Virus record (IMG/VR): IMGVR_UViG_3300021431_000075
Span: 352,001-416,000 of that record
Reading direction: 5' to 3' (one strand)
From: a virus
Lineage: Duplodnaviria; Caudoviricetes
Length of the DNA: 64,000 nucleotides
The notes beneath the pieces are model-generated. The model made no database searches. It was given only the letters and a program-made list of their open reading frames with translations, and had not been told where the DNA came from. A program made the position numbers and the translations under genes. Every line of letters starts with the position of its first letter. Within the stretch, counting starts at the first letter, position 1. Positions 10,601 through 19,892 of the stretch are shown here, piece by piece.

Positions 10601-10719
10601 GAAGTCGCAAGGAGAAGCTTGATGCATACAATGTTGTTAAGAGGATGATTGAGATTATCTGGCGCAATATGTCCGAGACGATTAGAAAGAACCGGGCAAA
10701 GAGAGTCAAGGAGTCTTGA
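7633..10719 (+). CDS. Large putative virion/internal protein with central hydrophobic helices
   Basis: 1028-aa ORF after a late promoter; LDEG, LNES, IYEG, VNEG motifs; three hydrophobic segments. Confidence 0.55.
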   Translation: MNILLEKNHVLDEGVLFEQNMNNYATLFNKVNIYSKRGYMASLNESNSRHFRSKFGYNPDILFSVEERESVRDLFCQIRAHLVEQMNRELADAQAQMIYEGVWDNIKSGVKKGVDAVKNKLDAISEKYKKGIELINKIIKDGVSSVKDFLSKIGKLFSTLGDNFAEVVEKLGGGSKDETAEDDSVSLNINKAYLEVVPENQRTVFGHVIEYIVEMFKNDKDKAKQLVNEGFVDAVAKNKVLQFIIGHREGKQWGWWHTILVSIIGSFIVSVILPMSLCLFGIGGSAAAVICTTVACVWCGRGLFKVLLNRYLNKDPKERFLDKWTVLGIFLSVVPVVVFRIPAVQDFMHDCIKGLFESLGLDKAIDKIEDFLTSIYKHFAGKSVEEVDTVKTGEWIKERVESIANAGDTHTSLMGSGGAHAYIDSLFNGKSDLNSFTGKVSELKSWLETIADAKWTSSTQMLNHLPELSGNAPLTTVLDGNTFQHVPREALSNAIKELSGQMGIHCELINASNDALRDATHNMAGTSFVLVADANPTSENAAMLNDLIRKTAEKLGIHNVTTFGKIMNNITDFEEVFHETIINNKTIHTLVDTIASCFTPVFCPFFDEKKWGDYKLSLGSNASGYSAYTVTKVEHMKFDKVVELDSTNMAIPLLVKHSDDVLKQQRDMLVNSYKDEAKKTDGKLSTAVKKFFKIETKKYNESTNIEKHDMVVIYVSGTVKYRTKDGERKEKELKNVPAVALDMNTMMCVDIAPWFKKRRKVPYFMKGLFSRLDFMPVKKDDNDTKEFIHNMLEKTMETACKFCVTYGVGGYYVEYSKEEKKYVPVDKKNADVNYFDIGNLTVNELCDVINEVDNAAYQLLDGKYGKRVIMKTGKDGKMTKKTGENNNLIEKKRYSKKDGKFVEDKNGKYDYIDAVVIPYISRKKSAVYKELAADEDVAEIILTKDGDIDTSIINDKELNLKQFLYRPGKTFGKEDKVNLVNSINKYLKGRSRKEKLDAYNVVKRMIEIIWRNMSETIRKNRAKRVKES

Positions 10720-10746
10720 TTTTCAAATAGTTGTGTTTTTGCATAG

Positions 10747-10781
10747 CAGGATTCGGTTGATGAAACCGAATCCTGTTTTTT
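10747..10781 (+). terminator. Intrinsic terminator
   Basis: caggattcggtt / aaccgaatcctg plus T6. Confidence 0.85.
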
Positions 10782-10793
10782 GTTGTCGATGAA

Positions 10794-10801
10794 AATAAAT
10801 A
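10794..10801 (+). promoter_or_regulatory. Late-type promoter AATAAATA
   Basis: TGAAAATAAATATC upstream of WG-repeat gene. Confidence 0.6.
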
Positions 10802-10825
10802 TCTTATGAAATGTTTGGTTGCACA

Positions 10826-12523
10826 ATGATGGAATTTCCATATAGAAAGAACTTATATTTGAATGAAGGTTTGATGGATGATGTTGAAGTAGACGAAGTT
10901 GTTGATGACATTGAAGATGCTGATTGTGACGGTAATCGTGTCATTATATATGTAAATTATACGAAATGTACAAAAGACTTGGAATATTTCACAAGATGCT
11001 TAAACAAGTGGAGCGTGTGTGGAAATGTTAGAGTGGAGAATATTTCGGATGGCAAGTTCTCTGTTGATTTCATCTTGGGTGACAACGTGTCTCTTGAAGA
11101 TTTTTGTATATTGATCTGCATGTTGATTATGCCAAGTTTGCCTGCTTCGAGCGTAGAGATTGAAAATGATTCGGTATCTCCATTTCAATGCAAGTTTAAC
11201 CCATGTTTATATGACTCAATGGAGTTGTCTCTGATTTATGTAGATAGATTTTGTAAGTTTTTCAAGTGTTATTATCCAGATGCTTCAGATAAGGAAATAA
11301 TAGATACTTTTGTTAGAAAATATGTAAGGCTGAAACCAAATAGAGAAAAATATACGAACGTTGTCAAGTTTTTTGATGATGACAATATAACGAATGAAGA
11401 TGACAATGGAAGAGCCGTAATCGTAGACGAAAACGGAAAATTTATTTCTAACGAACCGCTTAATGATTGTACGGGGTTTTGTGAGGGGTTTTCAGTAGTT
11501 AAACGTAACAAGAAGTACAATTATATGGATAAGCATGGTAATCTGTTGTCAGAAATATGGTTTGATTGCTGTTATGGTTTTAAAAATGGATTTGGTGTCG
11601 TTAAAATAGGGAATACTGAAAATTACATAGATAAAGATGGAAACTATTTATTGTCTAAATGGTATGATAGTTGTTCCAACTTCTATAAAGAGGGTTTTGC
11701 TACCATAGAATTAAAAAACAAATATAACTTTGTGGATACAAGCGGAAAGGTTATTTCATCTATGTGGTTTGATGAAGTATCTGGTGATAATGGAGAAGGA
11801 TTTGTTGCTGTAAGAAAGAAAAACAAATGGAACTATGTTGATGTAACAGGGAATATTCTGTCAAAAGATTTGTGGTTTACTCAATGCTTAAAATTTGTTG
11901 GAAGGTTTGCTAAAGTTAAAATCGGAAGATATTGGAATTTTATAGACAAGGACGGTAAACTTCTGTTAGACGAAACAAAGTTTCAATCGATTGGCAACTT
12001 TAGTGACGGTTTTGCAAAAGTTGAACTGAAAAACAAATGTAATTATATAAATGAAAGTGGTGAAATCGTATTCGATACATGGTATTATGGATGTTTTGAC
12101 TTTATGGAAGGATTTGCTGCTGTTATTAAATCGCCGAATGTACGAAATTTCATAGACAAGAACGGACGGATAATTTCTCCTGATTTGTGGTTTGGTTATT
12201 GTGACTATTTCAAGAATGGTTTTGCGATAGTAATTAACGAAGTTGACGGCAATGTAAGTAAAAGAAATTTTATAGACACGAATGGAAAACTGATTTCTAA
12301 TAAATGGTTTGATTATGCAGATAATTTTGATGGGGGTTTTGCACTGGTGTATAATAAAACAGGAAATGATTATATATACAATTTCATAAACACGAAAGGA
12401 GAATTGATGTTGGATACATGGTCAACTGTGTATGGTGAATATGTCGTAAAAGACGGGATGGTTGTAATGTCCGATGGAAATTTATGCATTGACTCTGAAC
12501 ATAATCTTGTATTTGTCGTTTGA
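10826..12523 (+). CDS. WG/KWG-repeat protein, paralogue 1
   Basis: About 9 repeats of F-x-(E/N)GFAxV...(Y/W)NFIDxxG...WF. Start could be 10811, 10826 or 10829. Confidence 0.85.
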   Translation: MMEFPYRKNLYLNEGLMDDVEVDEVVDDIEDADCDGNRVIIYVNYTKCTKDLEYFTRCLNKWSVCGNVRVENISDGKFSVDFILGDNVSLEDFCILICMLIMPSLPASSVEIENDSVSPFQCKFNPCLYDSMELSLIYVDRFCKFFKCYYPDASDKEIIDTFVRKYVRLKPNREKYTNVVKFFDDDNITNEDDNGRAVIVDENGKFISNEPLNDCTGFCEGFSVVKRNKKYNYMDKHGNLLSEIWFDCCYGFKNGFGVVKIGNTENYIDKDGNYLLSKWYDSCSNFYKEGFATIELKNKYNFVDTSGKVISSMWFDEVSGDNGEGFVAVRKKNKWNYVDVTGNILSKDLWFTQCLKFVGRFAKVKIGRYWNFIDKDGKLLLDETKFQSIGNFSDGFAKVELKNKCNYINESGEIVFDTWYYGCFDFMEGFAAVIKSPNVRNFIDKNGRIISPDLWFGYCDYFKNGFAIVINEVDGNVSKRNFIDTNGKLISNKWFDYADNFDGGFALVYNKTGNDYIYNFINTKGELMLDTWSTVYGEYVVKDGMVVMSDGNLCIDSEHNLVFVV

Positions 12524-12570
12524 TATACTTGAAAATAAAGAAAAACTGTTAAAACGTTTAATCAGGTGCA

Positions 12571-14271
12571 ATGAAATCTATATATTTGAATGAGGATTTG
12601 TTAAGAGGCATAGAAGCAGATAATGTTGAAGATAGTGATGTCTATGAAGCATGTGATGAAACACAGATATGCTTATGCTATAAGTCTAAATGCTTTTCAA
12701 CAGATTTCATGGAGAGTTACATTTCAAAGTTGTTGAATAAGTTATACGGATTCGATGAACCTAATATAGAAGTAGAAAGAAGAAACGGAATTTTGGCAGA
12801 TGTTGTTTATGTCAAATTTTGTTTGAATAAGCATATGCAACTTTCTTATTTTTGCGATGCGTTATGTCAGCTGATTGTGCCAAGAAATGCTGGCGTAGAA
12901 ATTATGATTGGTTATGATAGAGATAGTTGTTTTGGTTGTTGTCTTCATAATTCGTCTCATTCGGATTACATGATGTTGACTATTAGTCATTTTGATAGAT
13001 TTGTTGATTTTTTTAGAAATTATTTTCCTGATGTGACGGAAAAAGAAAGTTTTAATTGTTTCGTACGCTCGTTTGTGAAACATCAGAATGATGAATCTGA
13101 TTTTTGTTTGATAAGAATTCGGGATGATAAAGCATCGACTATTATTAACGAGGTCGGAGAGACGTTTATTGTAGACAAGAAAGGAAATTTTGTTTCTGAT
13201 TTGTGGTTTAATGAGATTCATGGTTTCAAAGACGGTTTTGCATTGGTCGAAAAAGATAACTTAGAGAATTTTATAGATATGAATGGAAAACTTTTATCAG
13301 ATAAATGGTTTTTAAAATGTTTTGATTTTAACGAAGGCTTTGCTCCTGTTAGGTGTTGTAGTGGTGAGTATAATTTCATAGACGAGAGTGGAGAATTTTT
13401 AATAAAGAACAATAAGTTGTTTGATAGTTGTTCTAATTTTAAATATGGTTTTGCTTGCGTTATGTCACATGATAGATATAATTTTGTTGACATGAAAGGA
13501 AACCTTCTTTCGGATATATGGTATAACGACGTGTCGAATGAGACGAAAGATGGTTTTGTGAGAGTGAAAAAGAAAAATAAGTGGAATTTTGTTGATAATA
13601 GAGGAAACGTTCTTTCTAAGGATTTGTGGTTTTCACAATGTTTGGAATTTGAGGATGGTTTTGCAGAAGTTAAGTTAAATAACAAGTGGAACTTTATTGA
13701 TAATACTGGCACGATTATTTCAAAAGATCGATGGTTTTCCGAGGTAAAGCATTTTAGTGAAGGTCTTGCTCCTGTTAAAATAAACAAGAAATGGAATTTT
13801 ATCGACACAAGCGGAAATATCGTTTTTGATGAATGGCATGATAATTGTTCATATTTTCGAGAAGGTTTTGCTGTTGTTTGCAGATATAATAGAAGAAATC
13901 AACAGACTGAACGCAATTTCATAAACAAACAAGGAGAACTTGTATCGCCGCATTTGTGGTTTGAAGGAGCAACACATTTTAAGAATGGTTTTGCGGTTGT
14001 TTCACGACGGGGCGACATGAAAAAAAATTTAATAGATACTACAGGAAAAGTCATTTCTGATAAATGGTTTGACTATGTGTATGATTTCAAAGACGGTTTC
14101 TCGTTAGTTCAAGACAGCGAACTTATTAATTATATAAACACGAAGGGAGAATTGATGTTTAACGAGTGGTTGAAAACGCCTTTATATTTTAAGCCGAAAG
14201 ATGAGATGCTTGTTTCAGTTGATGGAACTATTCGCATCAGTCCAGACCATAATTTTATAGCAACTGTTTAA
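12571..14271 (+). CDS. WG/KWG-repeat protein, paralogue 2
   Basis: Same repeat architecture; collinear with 10826-12523. Confidence 0.85.
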   Translation: MKSIYLNEDLLRGIEADNVEDSDVYEACDETQICLCYKSKCFSTDFMESYISKLLNKLYGFDEPNIEVERRNGILADVVYVKFCLNKHMQLSYFCDALCQLIVPRNAGVEIMIGYDRDSCFGCCLHNSSHSDYMMLTISHFDRFVDFFRNYFPDVTEKESFNCFVRSFVKHQNDESDFCLIRIRDDKASTIINEVGETFIVDKKGNFVSDLWFNEIHGFKDGFALVEKDNLENFIDMNGKLLSDKWFLKCFDFNEGFAPVRCCSGEYNFIDESGEFLIKNNKLFDSCSNFKYGFACVMSHDRYNFVDMKGNLLSDIWYNDVSNETKDGFVRVKKKNKWNFVDNRGNVLSKDLWFSQCLEFEDGFAEVKLNNKWNFIDNTGTIISKDRWFSEVKHFSEGLAPVKINKKWNFIDTSGNIVFDEWHDNCSYFREGFAVVCRYNRRNQQTERNFINKQGELVSPHLWFEGATHFKNGFAVVSRRGDMKKNLIDTTGKVISDKWFDYVYDFKDGFSLVQDSELINYINTKGELMFNEWLKTPLYFKPKDEMLVSVDGTIRISPDHNFIATV

Positions 14272-14274
14272 TTA

Positions 14275-14305
14275 TTTAAACTATTTTCCTGTTTTGATGT
14301 AGACT
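14275..14305 (+). promoter_or_regulatory. Phage promoter TTTAAAC-N17-GTAGACT
   Basis: Variant of recurrent intergenic bipartite motif. Confidence 0.65.
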
Positions 14306-14337
14306 TTCAAAGAAATGTTTTTAATGAAAGTCGTATT

Positions 14338-14742
14338 ATGAAAATGCTGAACTTAGGAACATTTAGTAAGATGAATATCGCACCAACCGATGCAAGCATA
14401 ATGGCGGCCGACGAAGAAGACAAGAAGCGTCTGGAGTTTGAAAAGACTGTCAGCAAGGATGTTGTCAATGAAATGTTCAGCAAGTTGATGAAGCATGACT
14501 TTGGTTCCAATGAAATATCAAGGTTCAATAAGGAGAACTTGACAGACATCAATGAGGCGATGAAGTCGAAAGTCATAGACGACTATACGAAGATACCTTA
14601 TTCTGAGTTTTGTGACTGGAACATTCTTCTTGACATGAATAACAGTTCCAGCAATTTCAGGAATATGCTTTCATATAAGAAAGTATGTGAGTTGAGAGAA
14701 CATATTCAGAAGTGGGTTGAAGCAAACATGAAAACAAATTAA
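14338..14742 (+). CDS. Hypothetical protein
   Basis: 134-aa ORF after promoter motif. Confidence 0.7.
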   Translation: MKMLNLGTFSKMNIAPTDASIMAADEEDKKRLEFEKTVSKDVVNEMFSKLMKHDFGSNEISRFNKENLTDINEAMKSKVIDDYTKIPYSEFCDWNILLDMNNSSSNFRNMLSYKKVCELREHIQKWVEANMKTN

Positions 14743-14763
14743 CCACCATTAAAATAGGTTTAG

Positions 14764-15990
14764 ATGAGAACAACAGAAGATTTAAAGTTGATGTTCGAAT
14801 GTGCGATGACAAAGGCAAAGAACTTGTACTACACTACATCCGGACATGGTTCGTCAAGAGATTGCTATATTTCCGGACTATATTCTTTGTATATGAATAT
14901 GTTCGGAAGTTATCCTTATGAGTTTGAGATTTCCCAGTTTGTGTCTGTTCATTCTATTTCATATGAAGAGTTTACGAATGAAGATTACCGATTTGCAAAG
15001 AAGTATCTGTACAAGTACTCGAAGTATGTTGATGTCGATTATATAGCCACGCTTGTCAATATTAAGAATGCAAACAAGGATAACTGCTATTTGATTTCAA
15101 TGTCTGGCATTCATATGATTATCCTTGATGAATATATCGTGTACTGGACAGATGAGAGTTCATTCTCTGTGTTATGTCCGCAATACATGTCAATCGAAGA
15201 TAATATAAAGATAAAATGCAAAGAGATTCATTTTACGAACATACTGTTTACTGGTGATGTATGGAACGGTTGGTTCAAGATAAATGACTATATTGCATAT
15301 AGGAATCTTAAGAGACAGAAGGAGACGCCGTTCTATTATTATATTATTCGTACTGCCAACGGATTCGATACTACGAATATGCATATCAAGGATTATGTGA
15401 ACATAGACATTGACCAGAACTATAATGATGATTTGCCATATGACAAAATAGTGTCGTTCTTGACAAGCAAGGATGAAAGCGGTCTGGTTATTTTGCGCGG
15501 AGTTCCGGGTTCAGGAAAGACATATTTGATACGGCATTTCATCACAAACATCAAGAAAGACTTTATCATTATCAATGAGAGTTGTCTCGAATATATGAAC
15601 GATCCGTCTTTTTTGAAGATATTGATGGACCATCCGGATTCCATTATAATTCTCGAGGATTGTGAGAAGGTTTTGACAGACAGGAACAACGGAAACTATT
15701 TGATTGGGACTTTGCTGAACTTGTCAGACGGCATTATATCTGACACGTTCAATATGAAGTTTATCTGTACGTTCAATGCAGAGATGACGGATATTGACGA
15801 AGCATTGCTTAGGAAAGGAAGGCTTAAGGTCAAGTATGAGTTTGGAAAATTGTCAAAGGAGAAGACGCAGAAACTTGCAGAAAAACTCGGAAAGAATATA
15901 ACGCCGGGAGTTGAGTTGACGCTTGCTGATATATACAACTATGATGACGAGGTTGATTTCGCGACAAAGAAGAAGAAAATCGGTTTCTGA
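14764..15990 (+). CDS. AAA+ ATPase
   Basis: GVPGSGKT Walker A, IIILEDCE Walker B, LLNLSDG, IDEALLRKGR SRH, C-terminal KIGF. Confidence 0.9.
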   Translation: MRTTEDLKLMFECAMTKAKNLYYTTSGHGSSRDCYISGLYSLYMNMFGSYPYEFEISQFVSVHSISYEEFTNEDYRFAKKYLYKYSKYVDVDYIATLVNIKNANKDNCYLISMSGIHMIILDEYIVYWTDESSFSVLCPQYMSIEDNIKIKCKEIHFTNILFTGDVWNGWFKINDYIAYRNLKRQKETPFYYYIIRTANGFDTTNMHIKDYVNIDIDQNYNDDLPYDKIVSFLTSKDESGLVILRGVPGSGKTYLIRHFITNIKKDFIIINESCLEYMNDPSFLKILMDHPDSIIILEDCEKVLTDRNNGNYLIGTLLNLSDGIISDTFNMKFICTFNAEMTDIDEALLRKGRLKVKYEFGKLSKEKTQKLAEKLGKNITPGVELTLADIYNYDDEVDFATKKKKIGF

Positions 15991-16017
15991 TTTTTGATGT
16001 TTTTTTGTCTACGAAAA

Positions 16018-16035
16018 GATAAATATCTTATAATA
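16018..16035 (+). promoter_or_regulatory. Late-type promoter, extended form
   Basis: GATAAATATCTTATAATA, identical at 19875 and 48636. Confidence 0.7.
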
Positions 16036-16070
16036 GGTATGAGAAAGATTTTTCATTTGCGAGGCAATAT

Positions 16071-16253
16071 ATGGATGTAGTTAGAGATTATGATTATATA
16101 TTTTCAGACGTTTATCCAGATAGCGATATAATATACGAGATGACATTTGTTCTTAGCGATTATGGCGATAACAAGGAACAAAACATACTTGATGCTGCAA
16201 TATATGAAGAACTTTCGGTAGATGCAGCATGTCAGACTATGGACATGAGATAA
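16071..16253 (+). CDS. Small acidic hypothetical protein
   Basis: 60-aa ORF after late promoter. Confidence 0.5.
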   Translation: MDVVRDYDYIFSDVYPDSDIIYEMTFVLSDYGDNKEQNILDAAIYEELSVDAACQTMDMR

Positions 16254-16266
16254 TACAAATACGACG

Positions 16267-16533
16267 ATGGAAGATAGAATAGAAAAATTGATTCTAACGG
16301 TAACTGACAAGGAAACTGCAACCGTTTTGAAGAACGACATGGCTCTTGCTGGTGTTGACCGCAAGTTGATGAAGATTAGAGCAAACAAGAAAGAAGGAAA
16401 CTTTGTTCTTACAATCAACGAGGCACAAGAGAATATGCCGGCGATTATCAGGATGTTTAACGGTCCGGAGTACAATCTTTCACTGCAGGAGATTCAAGAT
16501 CTTCTTCATATACAGATTGTAATTAACCAATAA
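16267..16533 (+). CDS. Hypothetical protein
   Basis: 88-aa ORF. Confidence 0.7.
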   Translation: MEDRIEKLILTVTDKETATVLKNDMALAGVDRKLMKIRANKKEGNFVLTINEAQENMPAIIRMFNGPEYNLSLQEIQDLLHIQIVINQ

Positions 16534-16629
16534 TGCAAACAAAAGTTAATTTTCATTGTCTAACAGTTAAACAATGTTAAAAATAGAACAAAAACTTATC
16601 AAATATTTTTGTTGTATACATTAATTTAT

Positions 16630-16639
16630 TATATTTGCA
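16630..16639 (+). promoter_or_regulatory. Bacteroidetes -7 element
   Basis: TATATTTGCA with upstream TTTG, before 16681. Confidence 0.7.
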
Positions 16640-16680
16640 TCGGTTAAGTTAATAATCATTTATAAAAAAATTAAGAAATT

Positions 16681-17229
16681 ATGTTTCTCGTTAAGTTTAA
16701 AGTTTCAAAGAACAATTCGGGTGACTACAGACCAGCAATCTGGCCGGTTGCATATCCGTACTGGCTCGTTAATGAGGATGAACATGATTTCATTATGCGA
16801 GCTTATGTTGAAGATTTTGTCGTATATAATCTTATGTGGCCGTTTTCATATGTCATAGAAACCAAGGAGGTTGACAAGATTGAGTATACTGATGAATTTC
16901 CTCAGCCTGCTTGGTATGAACCTAACAATAATATCGGAGATATTATCGATAACAAGAATTCTGACAACAAGTTGAAAAATTTGGTAAATGACGATTTGGT
17001 CGACTTATTAAAGTTGGTGAATGAGAAAGTCGGAATCACTGTTGATGATGAAGGTTTGGTTAGAATCGGTGTTGGAGGATGTGATGAGACAGCGGAGATT
17101 GAGAAGTGCTTGCAGTATCTTGACTATAAGAACAAGTATAAGGAATACGATGCGAAAGAAATCAAGATGTTGCTTAAGGAGCGTGAATCTGCACAGTATT
17201 TGATGATTGTCAAAAAATTCTACTCTTGA
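16681..17229 (+). CDS. Hypothetical protein
   Basis: 182-aa ORF; N-terminal DYRPAIWPVAYPYW...FPQPAWY domain. Confidence 0.75.
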   Translation: MFLVKFKVSKNNSGDYRPAIWPVAYPYWLVNEDEHDFIMRAYVEDFVVYNLMWPFSYVIETKEVDKIEYTDEFPQPAWYEPNNNIGDIIDNKNSDNKLKNLVNDDLVDLLKLVNEKVGITVDDEGLVRIGVGGCDETAEIEKCLQYLDYKNKYKEYDAKEIKMLLKERESAQYLMIVKKFYS

Positions 17230-17245
17230 TACAAAATCAAAATAA

Positions 17246-17280
17246 GAAGGTCCGGCAATTGAGTTTGCTGGACTTTTTCT
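17246..17280 (+). terminator. Intrinsic terminator
   Basis: aaggtccggcaa / ttgctggacttt plus T run. Confidence 0.7.
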
Positions 17281-17282
17281 TT

Positions 17283-17313
17283 TTTAAACTATTTGGTAAG
17301 TTTGTTGTATAAT
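17283..17313 (+). promoter_or_regulatory. Phage promoter TTTAAAC-N17-GTATAAT
   Basis: Recurrent motif directly after terminator. Confidence 0.7.
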
Positions 17314-17335
17314 TACTAAATTGTGGTTCTTCATT

Positions 17336-17848
17336 ATGACTATCAACAACATAAGCATTACAATAACAAATACAGATGTGAAAGATTTGTTCGATTGTGA
17401 CGAGTTTGAAAATGCGTTCGGTTTTGACGTGGACCCGTTAAACCAGAAGTTCAATGTCGGAGCAGATGGAGCAAGTTCATTGGTAAATGTCTTGACGAGC
17501 GGCGGATACGTTATAGTAACAGACATGACACATACTTATTCTGAAGCCAACTGGCAGAACGAGGTCAAGTCCAATCTGGTTCCATATATGTTTGAGCCGA
17601 ATATTTCGAGCGAGGATGAATATATGCAAGTCGGAAACAGGAGCGGTTTCGTTTCTTTCAGGTTATCTCTTGAAGACATAAAGAAAGCCGCGCAGACAGA
17701 AATTGGACTGTTGTTGCTTCTCAAGATGAAATATGAGGAGGATGGAAATGAATCCCTGTATTCGTTGGGTGATTCTATTGCGGCATATGCAATTCCGGAA
17801 ACTGGAAATCATCGTGCATTCATTAACTATTTAATTTACGGGAACTGA
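17336..17848 (+). CDS. Hypothetical protein
   Basis: ORF after promoter; ATG at 17336. Confidence 0.7.
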   Translation: MTINNISITITNTDVKDLFDCDEFENAFGFDVDPLNQKFNVGADGASSLVNVLTSGGYVIVTDMTHTYSEANWQNEVKSNLVPYMFEPNISSEDEYMQVGNRSGFVSFRLSLEDIKKAAQTEIGLLLLLKMKYEEDGNESLYSLGDSIAAYAIPETGNHRAFINYLIYGN

Positions 17849-18600
17849 TGTTTTGGAGCAGTGTCGGATTGGATGTAGACAGAAGTGTCATATTGTATCT
17901 GGATTCATCAAACAAGTCCAGTAGAGAGATTCATTCTGTCGTGAAGTCGAACGAGAATCATAAGACTACATATTCGGAAGTTGTCAGGCATTTGTTTTCA
18001 TTTGACAAGAAACTGATGTCGTCTGTCCGTGAAATATACATAGAGTCCGTTTCTGGCGATTCTATTGAGAGTCACTATTCATTCTGTCGGGATGTTGCAA
18101 ATCATTATGACATTATATGTTCTTTCATAGTTAAGAATTTCAAGATATGCATTAGCAAGAATACGCCGGATGACTGGTATGACATTTGCATAGACGATTG
18201 TTATGCTGATGCAGCAAAGAAGCCGGATGAGTTTCTGACATTCGGTCCGGACTATGTTGAGATTTCAGACGAGGATTTGAAAGAGCGCGCTTGGTCATGC
18301 AGGCAACTGATTGATTATACGGAAAGTCTGATAACTATTGAAATCACTACAGTTGATGATAAGAGGGACGAGTATGTCTGGCGCAGTCATTTCAAGAAGT
18401 ATGATGATTTTTACAAGTGGTCTCTTTTCCGGTATGGTCTTATATTCAAGTACACGAGACGGTTGACTCATTATGTCAAGCTGATGACAGAACGGGGATT
18501 GAGTCTATCAAAGGAAGATATTGAGAGATATATGGAGTTTGACGCAGACTATATCAAGAACATGGAAGATGAATTGAGACTTTCTTTGACACAGGATTGA
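17848..18600 (+). CDS. Hypothetical protein
   Basis: 250-aa ORF coupled by TGATG overlap. Confidence 0.75.
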   Translation: MFWSSVGLDVDRSVILYLDSSNKSSREIHSVVKSNENHKTTYSEVVRHLFSFDKKLMSSVREIYIESVSGDSIESHYSFCRDVANHYDIICSFIVKNFKICISKNTPDDWYDICIDDCYADAAKKPDEFLTFGPDYVEISDEDLKERAWSCRQLIDYTESLITIEITTVDDKRDEYVWRSHFKKYDDFYKWSLFRYGLIFKYTRRLTHYVKLMTERGLSLSKEDIERYMEFDADYIKNMEDELRLSLTQD

Positions 18601-18645
18601 GATTGCGATTTTTTTCGGAACGAATTTTTTCGTAGTTTTCAAATT

Positions 18646-18692
18646 AAAAGAGAGAAACGCTGGTTTATAATGACTTGCGTTCCTCTCTTTTT
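18646..18692. terminator. Bidirectional terminator
   Basis: aaaagagag-aaacgc / gcgtt-cctctctttt between convergent genes. Confidence 0.65.
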
Positions 18693-18693
18693 C

Positions 18694-18969
18694 TTATTTC
18701 TTGCTGTTCCAAGGGACTATCAGAGGTCTTGGTGACATGTCGTATCCTGAATTGTCCTGTGTCTTTCTGATCTTTTTTGCCGTTTTTGAACCGGCTTGTT
18801 TCTTTGAAGCCATGTTTAACGGAAAGTTGTCATATCTGTCAGGTCCGCCGAGATTTCCAAGGTCTCCGCCAAAACCGCCAATTGTTGGGTCGCCCATTCC
18901 GCAAATGTTGCAAGGGTTGCTATAGCATGGTCCGCCAGCGCCGCCCATTGATCCTGCACAGTCGCACAT
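18694..18969 (-). CDS. Small Gly/Cys-rich protein
   Basis: 91-aa ORF downstream of the tail-tube-like gene. Confidence 0.55.
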   Translation of the reverse strand: MCDCAGSMGGAGGPCYSNPCNICGMGDPTIGGFGGDLGNLGGPDRYDNFPLNMASKKQAGSKTAKKIRKTQDNSGYDMSPRPLIVPWNSKK

Positions 18970-18988
18970 ATTTGTCTGTTTTGTATTT

Positions 18989-19807
18989 TTATTTTTTCTT
19001 GATTGTTGTTGTAAGAATGTCCGGGTTGATATGCATCCGTTTGTTTAGAACGTTTGTGTTCTTGTCATAAGGATCATAGTTCGTTCCGATGTATGCCGGT
19101 TGCTCTTTCTGTTCCTGTTCCGCTTTCATTTGCTGGATTCTTGAAGACAACGGCTTGTGTCTCATATTCTTGTACTTTTCTGACGCGCCGTCAAGATGCT
19201 CTTGCGGAAAGTCCATCTGTGGCTGGAAGTCCGAAGCGATGAGTTCCCGCTTTCCGTTTGCATTCACAAGATACACGTCATAGTAGTTGTATGTGAATGA
19301 CATCGAGAACGTGTTGAAATTTCCGACAGTCTGGTTGTACTGGAGATTCAGGTCGCTGATTGACGACGGTGTGAGTTCCTTGTACACATACTCCATCATG
19401 GCAAATCCGCCGTCGTTCAGAAGGCATATTTTTATCGGGTTCATATACAGGTACTTCGCCGTTTCTCCGAGTGCAAGGAATCTCCTGTACTGGTCCCTCA
19501 TGACGAAGTATGATATGTATGATTCTGTTGTTTTGATTGTCAGGTTCAATTGCTTTGAAACAATCTGGTCGAATGCCTTCCCTATTCTTTTCTGCACGTT
19601 ATATAGCTGGATGTCTTGTGCCGGGTTTGACGCGCTGAGACCCGGAAAGTTCACGGAAGAAATCTGCGAGTTGATGAAGTCTTCGACCGTGTTGTATGGA
19701 AGAAACATCCTGTGTAGCACGCTGAGCCATGTGTCCACCACTTCCGGATAGAACCAGTTCAGGTCTGTTGTTATGACAAAGTTTTGTTGCAGGTTGTTAA
19801 GAAGCAT
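18989..19807 (-). CDS. Tail tube-like / baseplate tube-initiator protein (T4 gp19/gp48/gp54 fold)
   Basis: SSVNFPG, LNLTIK, PSSISDLNLQY...FSMSFTYNYY resembles the tube fold; late promoter upstream. Confidence 0.6.
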   Translation of the reverse strand: MLLNNLQQNFVITTDLNWFYPEVVDTWLSVLHRMFLPYNTVEDFINSQISSVNFPGLSASNPAQDIQLYNVQKRIGKAFDQIVSKQLNLTIKTTESYISYFVMRDQYRRFLALGETAKYLYMNPIKICLLNDGGFAMMEYVYKELTPSSISDLNLQYNQTVGNFNTFSMSFTYNYYDVYLVNANGKRELIASDFQPQMDFPQEHLDGASEKYKNMRHKPLSSRIQQMKAEQEQKEQPAYIGTNYDPYDKNTNVLNKRMHINPDILTTTIKKK

Positions 19808-19843
19808 AATGTTGTTTTCCGGTACCGGACTTCGGCTTTTTTA

Positions 19844-19851
19844 TATTTATT
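19844..19851 (-). promoter_or_regulatory. Late-type promoter AATAAATA
   Basis: TATTTATT on + strand upstream of 19807. Confidence 0.6.
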
Positions 19852-19874
19852 TTTTGCTGAATCTATTTTGGAAA

Positions 19875-19892
19875 GATAAATATCTTATAATA
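19875..19892 (+). promoter_or_regulatory. Late-type promoter, extended form
   Basis: GATAAATATCTTATAATA. Confidence 0.65.

Noticed and set aside
10826-14271. Diversity-generating retroelement targets
   Set aside because: No reverse transcriptase in the window; differences between repeats are not adenine-specific by eye.
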